Shown here: positions 61,168 to 64,000 of the stretch, piece by piece
Numbering within the stretch: position 1 is the stretch's first letter
How the letters are laid out: every line of letters starts with the position of its first letter
Assembly: GCA_017466805.1 (NCBI GenBank)
Contig: JAFTTN010000088.1
Coordinates: 721 to 64,720, forward strand
Reading direction: 5' to 3'
DNA length: 64,000 nt
Source: Clostridia bacterium
GTDB lineage: Bacteria > Bacillota > Clostridia > Oscillospirales > CAG-382
Made by a program: the position numbers and the translations under genes
Notes under the pieces: generated by a model
Database searches by the model: none
The model's input: only the letters and a program-made list of their open reading frames with translations
What the model was told of the DNA's origin: nothing

Positions 61168-61899
61168 ATGATTCATATTTACGTATGCGACGACAGTATT
61201 GAATTCAGAAGAATATTCGACCAAACCCTTACAAAATTCATTCCCATATATTTTTCCAAGAAATTGGAATATAAAATCGAAGATAGCGTAGAGAACGGCG
61301 AGCAGTTATTAAGGCGAATGGATACCGTTCCTTTGGATGTTGTGTTTTTAGATATTGATTTGCCTAAAATGAACGGGTTTGAATTGGCCAAGCAAATCAT
61401 TGTTAAAAATAAAGACGCATTAATTGTTTTTGTGTCCGGATATGATCATTTTGTATATCAAGTTTTCGAGTTTTTTCCTTTTGCGTATTTAAGAAAGAGT
61501 CACATTCTTGACGAATTGCCCTCGGTATTAAAACGAATTTCAAATAAATATGACAGTGATAATCGAACGATTATAATACAATCTGTTTCCGGAAAAATCA
61601 AGATTGATACAAGAGATATCGTTTATATTTGTTCGGAGGGAAATTATTATATAGTTTATACCAATAAAGGTCCGCTAAAGTGTAGAGGAACATTAAACGA
61701 GGCTGAAGAATTGCTTGTGAAATTTGATTTCTATAGAATTCATTCTGCATACATAGTTAATCTAAATCATATTCAAAAAATCGAACAATCCGAAGTCGTT
61801 GTAAGTAACGAGAAAAAGCCGCTTCCTATAGCCCAAAGACGTTTATCGGGATTTCGGAATGCATATTCGGAATTCACGATAAGGAGTTTCAATTTATGA
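61168..61899 (+). CDS. agrA: LytTR response regulator
   Basis: VCDD, FLDIDLP..NG, IVFVS, FYRIHSAYIVNL. Confidence 0.9.
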   Translation: MIHIYVCDDSIEFRRIFDQTLTKFIPIYFSKKLEYKIEDSVENGEQLLRRMDTVPLDVVFLDIDLPKMNGFELAKQIIVKNKDALIVFVSGYDHFVYQVFEFFPFAYLRKSHILDELPSVLKRISNKYDSDNRTIIIQSVSGKIKIDTRDIVYICSEGNYYIVYTNKGPLKCRGTLNEAEELLVKFDFYRIHSAYIVNLNHIQKIEQSEVVVSNEKKPLPIAQRRLSGFRNAYSEFTIRSFNL

Positions 61900-63218
61900 T
61901 TTATTCTTTTGCAGAAACTATAGCCACTATTATGGACATTGTTTTCTTGATTTGGTTTATTCCTAGTTTTTTGAACACCAAGTTTTACCATCGCTACAAT
62001 GCTCGATTTTTGTTTCTCCCTATATTATTTTTGATACTTCAATTAACTGCAGATTTCCTTCGCATCCCGTTCGACACAATCATCGCGATCGGAATCATTC
62101 TGTTGACTGTGTGTTATGCTTTTGCAATTTGTCAAAGGCATTGGGCTAAAGCGATTCTTGCAGCCAGTCTGTTTGTAATTGTTATTATGCTGTCAAACAG
62201 CATGCTGTATGTTGCTTTATCTTCTTTAATATCAAATGCAGAAAACGCTATGCAAGGATCGCCATCTCCGGCAAGAATCATTTATCTGATAATAGCCAGA
62301 TCAACTCAATTTGTAATTTATAAAACTTTACTGTTGTTCTTCCATGAAAATGATAATTTGGACAAAAAGAATGGTATAGTACTGTTGTTTTTTTCTGCTT
62401 TTACAATATGTGGATTATGCGCTTTGATGGCAATGGCAGTAAATGACAATGAGCAAACAATGAACCTGCCAGTTTTTATTATGGTGTTTGTTTTAGTGTT
62501 GTCGAATATTGGTGTCTATTTCTTTATACGTCAGATCATAAAAATGCAGAAAAAAGAGTTTGAATACAAGCTAATAGAAGAGAGACTGCGTTTCGAACAT
62601 CTGCGAAATGACGATGCAAATGCTGTTTGGGACAATATAAGAAAAGTACGTCATGATTTGAAAAATCATTTTACGGTGTTAAAAAGCAAACTTTCAGAAG
62701 GCTTGGTTGAGGATTGTATATTGTATATTGATCGAATATATCCTCACATCGAAAGTATGGGAAACTTAGTACACACCGACAACCCCACTTTGGATTATCT
62801 CATAAATACAAAAATCCCCAATGACGGAAGCGTCAAGGTAATCGTATCGGGGTACGCCGACGTATTTAACGATATAGATGAAGGTGATTTTGCAAGTCTT
62901 ATCGGAAATATGTTAGACAATGCATTTGAAGCAGTATCCCAAATCAAAACTCCGATTGAAAAGCAAGTGGAATTGCACTTTTTACACAAGAATCAAAACA
63001 GAATGATAATATGCAGAAACACAATCGAAAAATCAGTGCTTGCAGATAACGAAAAATTGGATTCGACCAAAAACGGTCCGAATCACGGTCTTGGACACAT
63101 TATCATAGATACGATTGCGACAAAATACAACGGATTCGTAACGTATACAGAAAAAGATAATCTGTTTTGTGTTCAGGTTACACTTCCTATGACTGAGTAC
63201 CAACAGTCACACGGTTGA
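61896..63218 (+). CDS. agrC: GHKL sensor histidine kinase with multi-TM sensor
   Basis: ~6 TM; RHDLKNH, GNMLDNAFEA, STK...HGLG. Confidence 0.9.
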   Translation: MIYSFAETIATIMDIVFLIWFIPSFLNTKFYHRYNARFLFLPILFLILQLTADFLRIPFDTIIAIGIILLTVCYAFAICQRHWAKAILAASLFVIVIMLSNSMLYVALSSLISNAENAMQGSPSPARIIYLIIARSTQFVIYKTLLLFFHENDNLDKKNGIVLLFFSAFTICGLCALMAMAVNDNEQTMNLPVFIMVFVLVLSNIGVYFFIRQIIKMQKKEFEYKLIEERLRFEHLRNDDANAVWDNIRKVRHDLKNHFTVLKSKLSEGLVEDCILYIDRIYPHIESMGNLVHTDNPTLDYLINTKIPNDGSVKVIVSGYADVFNDIDEGDFASLIGNMLDNAFEAVSQIKTPIEKQVELHFLHKNQNRMIICRNTIEKSVLADNEKLDSTKNGPNHGLGHIIIDTIATKYNGFVTYTEKDNLFCVQVTLPMTEYQQSHG

Positions 63219-63235
63219 AATAATAGCACAGTTTC

Positions 63236-63261
63236 AAAGAGGCTTACAAAAGCCTCTTTTT
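63236..63261 (+). terminator. Terminator after agrC
   Basis: AAAGAGGCTT-ACAA-AAGCCTCTTT-TT. Confidence 0.75.
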
Positions 63262-63559
63262 GCGTGGCTTTGAATCACCCCTCACCTATTGGGTTGCTAT
63301 AGACAAAGAAAAGGGGTTGCGGAAAGCGTTTGCACAAAAGCGGTGTTTTGTATCTCGTTTTTACAGTTTTGTATGTCAAACGGTTTTCAGGGTGATTCAA
63401 GAAAATGCATTGATAAAACTGTGTTTTTGCGGTGCTTTTTGTTTTGAATATGCTTTCAAGATAACTCTTTCAAATGGTAAGAAAATCACGCGAAAGGGGT
63501 GCCTACATATTGAAAAAGGGCACAGAATATGGTAATATAAAAAGAAAGGAGGTGTGCTT

Positions 63560-64000
63560 ATGAAAAAGGAAAAAGAATATGGGCAGATGAAGATCGTGTC
63601 GCTTGACGGAAGCACGGTGTATAAGCACGGCCTCCATTTGTTCGGGTTATCGGGACTGACCGTTTTGAAAAGCGGGAAGGTAGACGTTGATCGGTTCAGA
63701 GGTGTATTGGACGAGAGCTTGGATACCATTCGTTTGGAGCAGCTATGCAAGGAAAAGAAGAAAGATCTTCCCTTTCCGTTTATGGAGCAGGGTTGCACAC
63801 GAACGTTGGTGAACGTTCGCTTTGACCACGCGGTAAAGCTGTTTGAGCAATACGGCAGAAGATATATCCGATACGGGTATTCTGTTGCCGACGAGGAAAT
63901 GAACGACCACGTTTGTGTCCGCTACGAAAACGGTTGCCCTGTTCTTGTTGCTGTTGAAGTGCCGTATGACAAGGACAAGAGCTATACTCCCGTAGAAAGC
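63560..64000 (+). CDS. Partial ORF running off the window; resembles the N-terminus of YonO/RdRP-like single-subunit RNA polymerase homologues
   Basis: AAGGAGG RBS; TTGAAA-17-TAATAT promoter; MKKEKEYGQMKIVSLDG...FRGVLDESLDTIRL...TRTLVNVRF...YIRYGY...DHVCVR; no stop before the window end. Confidence 0.55.
   Translation, partial: MKKEKEYGQMKIVSLDGSTVYKHGLHLFGLSGLTVLKSGKVDVDRFRGVLDESLDTIRLEQLCKEKKKDLPFPFMEQGCTRTLVNVRFDHAVKLFEQYGRRYIRYGYSVADEEMNDHVCVRYENGCPVLVAVEVPYDKDKSYTPVES

Overview
Chromosomal DNA from a Firmicute, most likely a Clostridia-type anaerobe (inferred from sigma-A promoters, lipoproteins, a dockerin and an agr locus). Positions 1 to ~48.4 kb are mostly housekeeping and metabolic genes: two orphan solute-binding lipoproteins, a PfkB kinase, polA, a B12 radical SAM enzyme, rsmI, a cohesin-cohesin-dockerin protein, galK, a dGTPase-like protein, thiN, a dTDP-rhamnose rfbABDC operon (rfbB frameshifted), PPi-dependent PFK, GH32, a Na+/solute symporter and a LysR regulator. 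This part also holds a three-gene tandem paralogue array with near-identical DNA ends. From ~48.5 kb the DNA is visibly AT-richer and looks like an accessory island. Its minus-strand cargo genes are separated by a recurring terminator, and a 155-bp direct repeat occurs twice. The island also has an AbiEii remnant and a secreted-protein/lipoprotein/ABC operon divergent from a complete agrBDAC quorum-sensing locus. The 40-aa AgrD, absent from the ORF track, predicts a Ser-based ring, and the two divergent promoter regions share an identical 14-bp box. The window ends inside an ORF resembling the N-terminus of YonO/RdRP-like single-subunit RNA polymerases. No rRNA, tRNA, CRISPR array or intact integrase/transposase was seen. 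All family calls come from motif recognition, not database searches.
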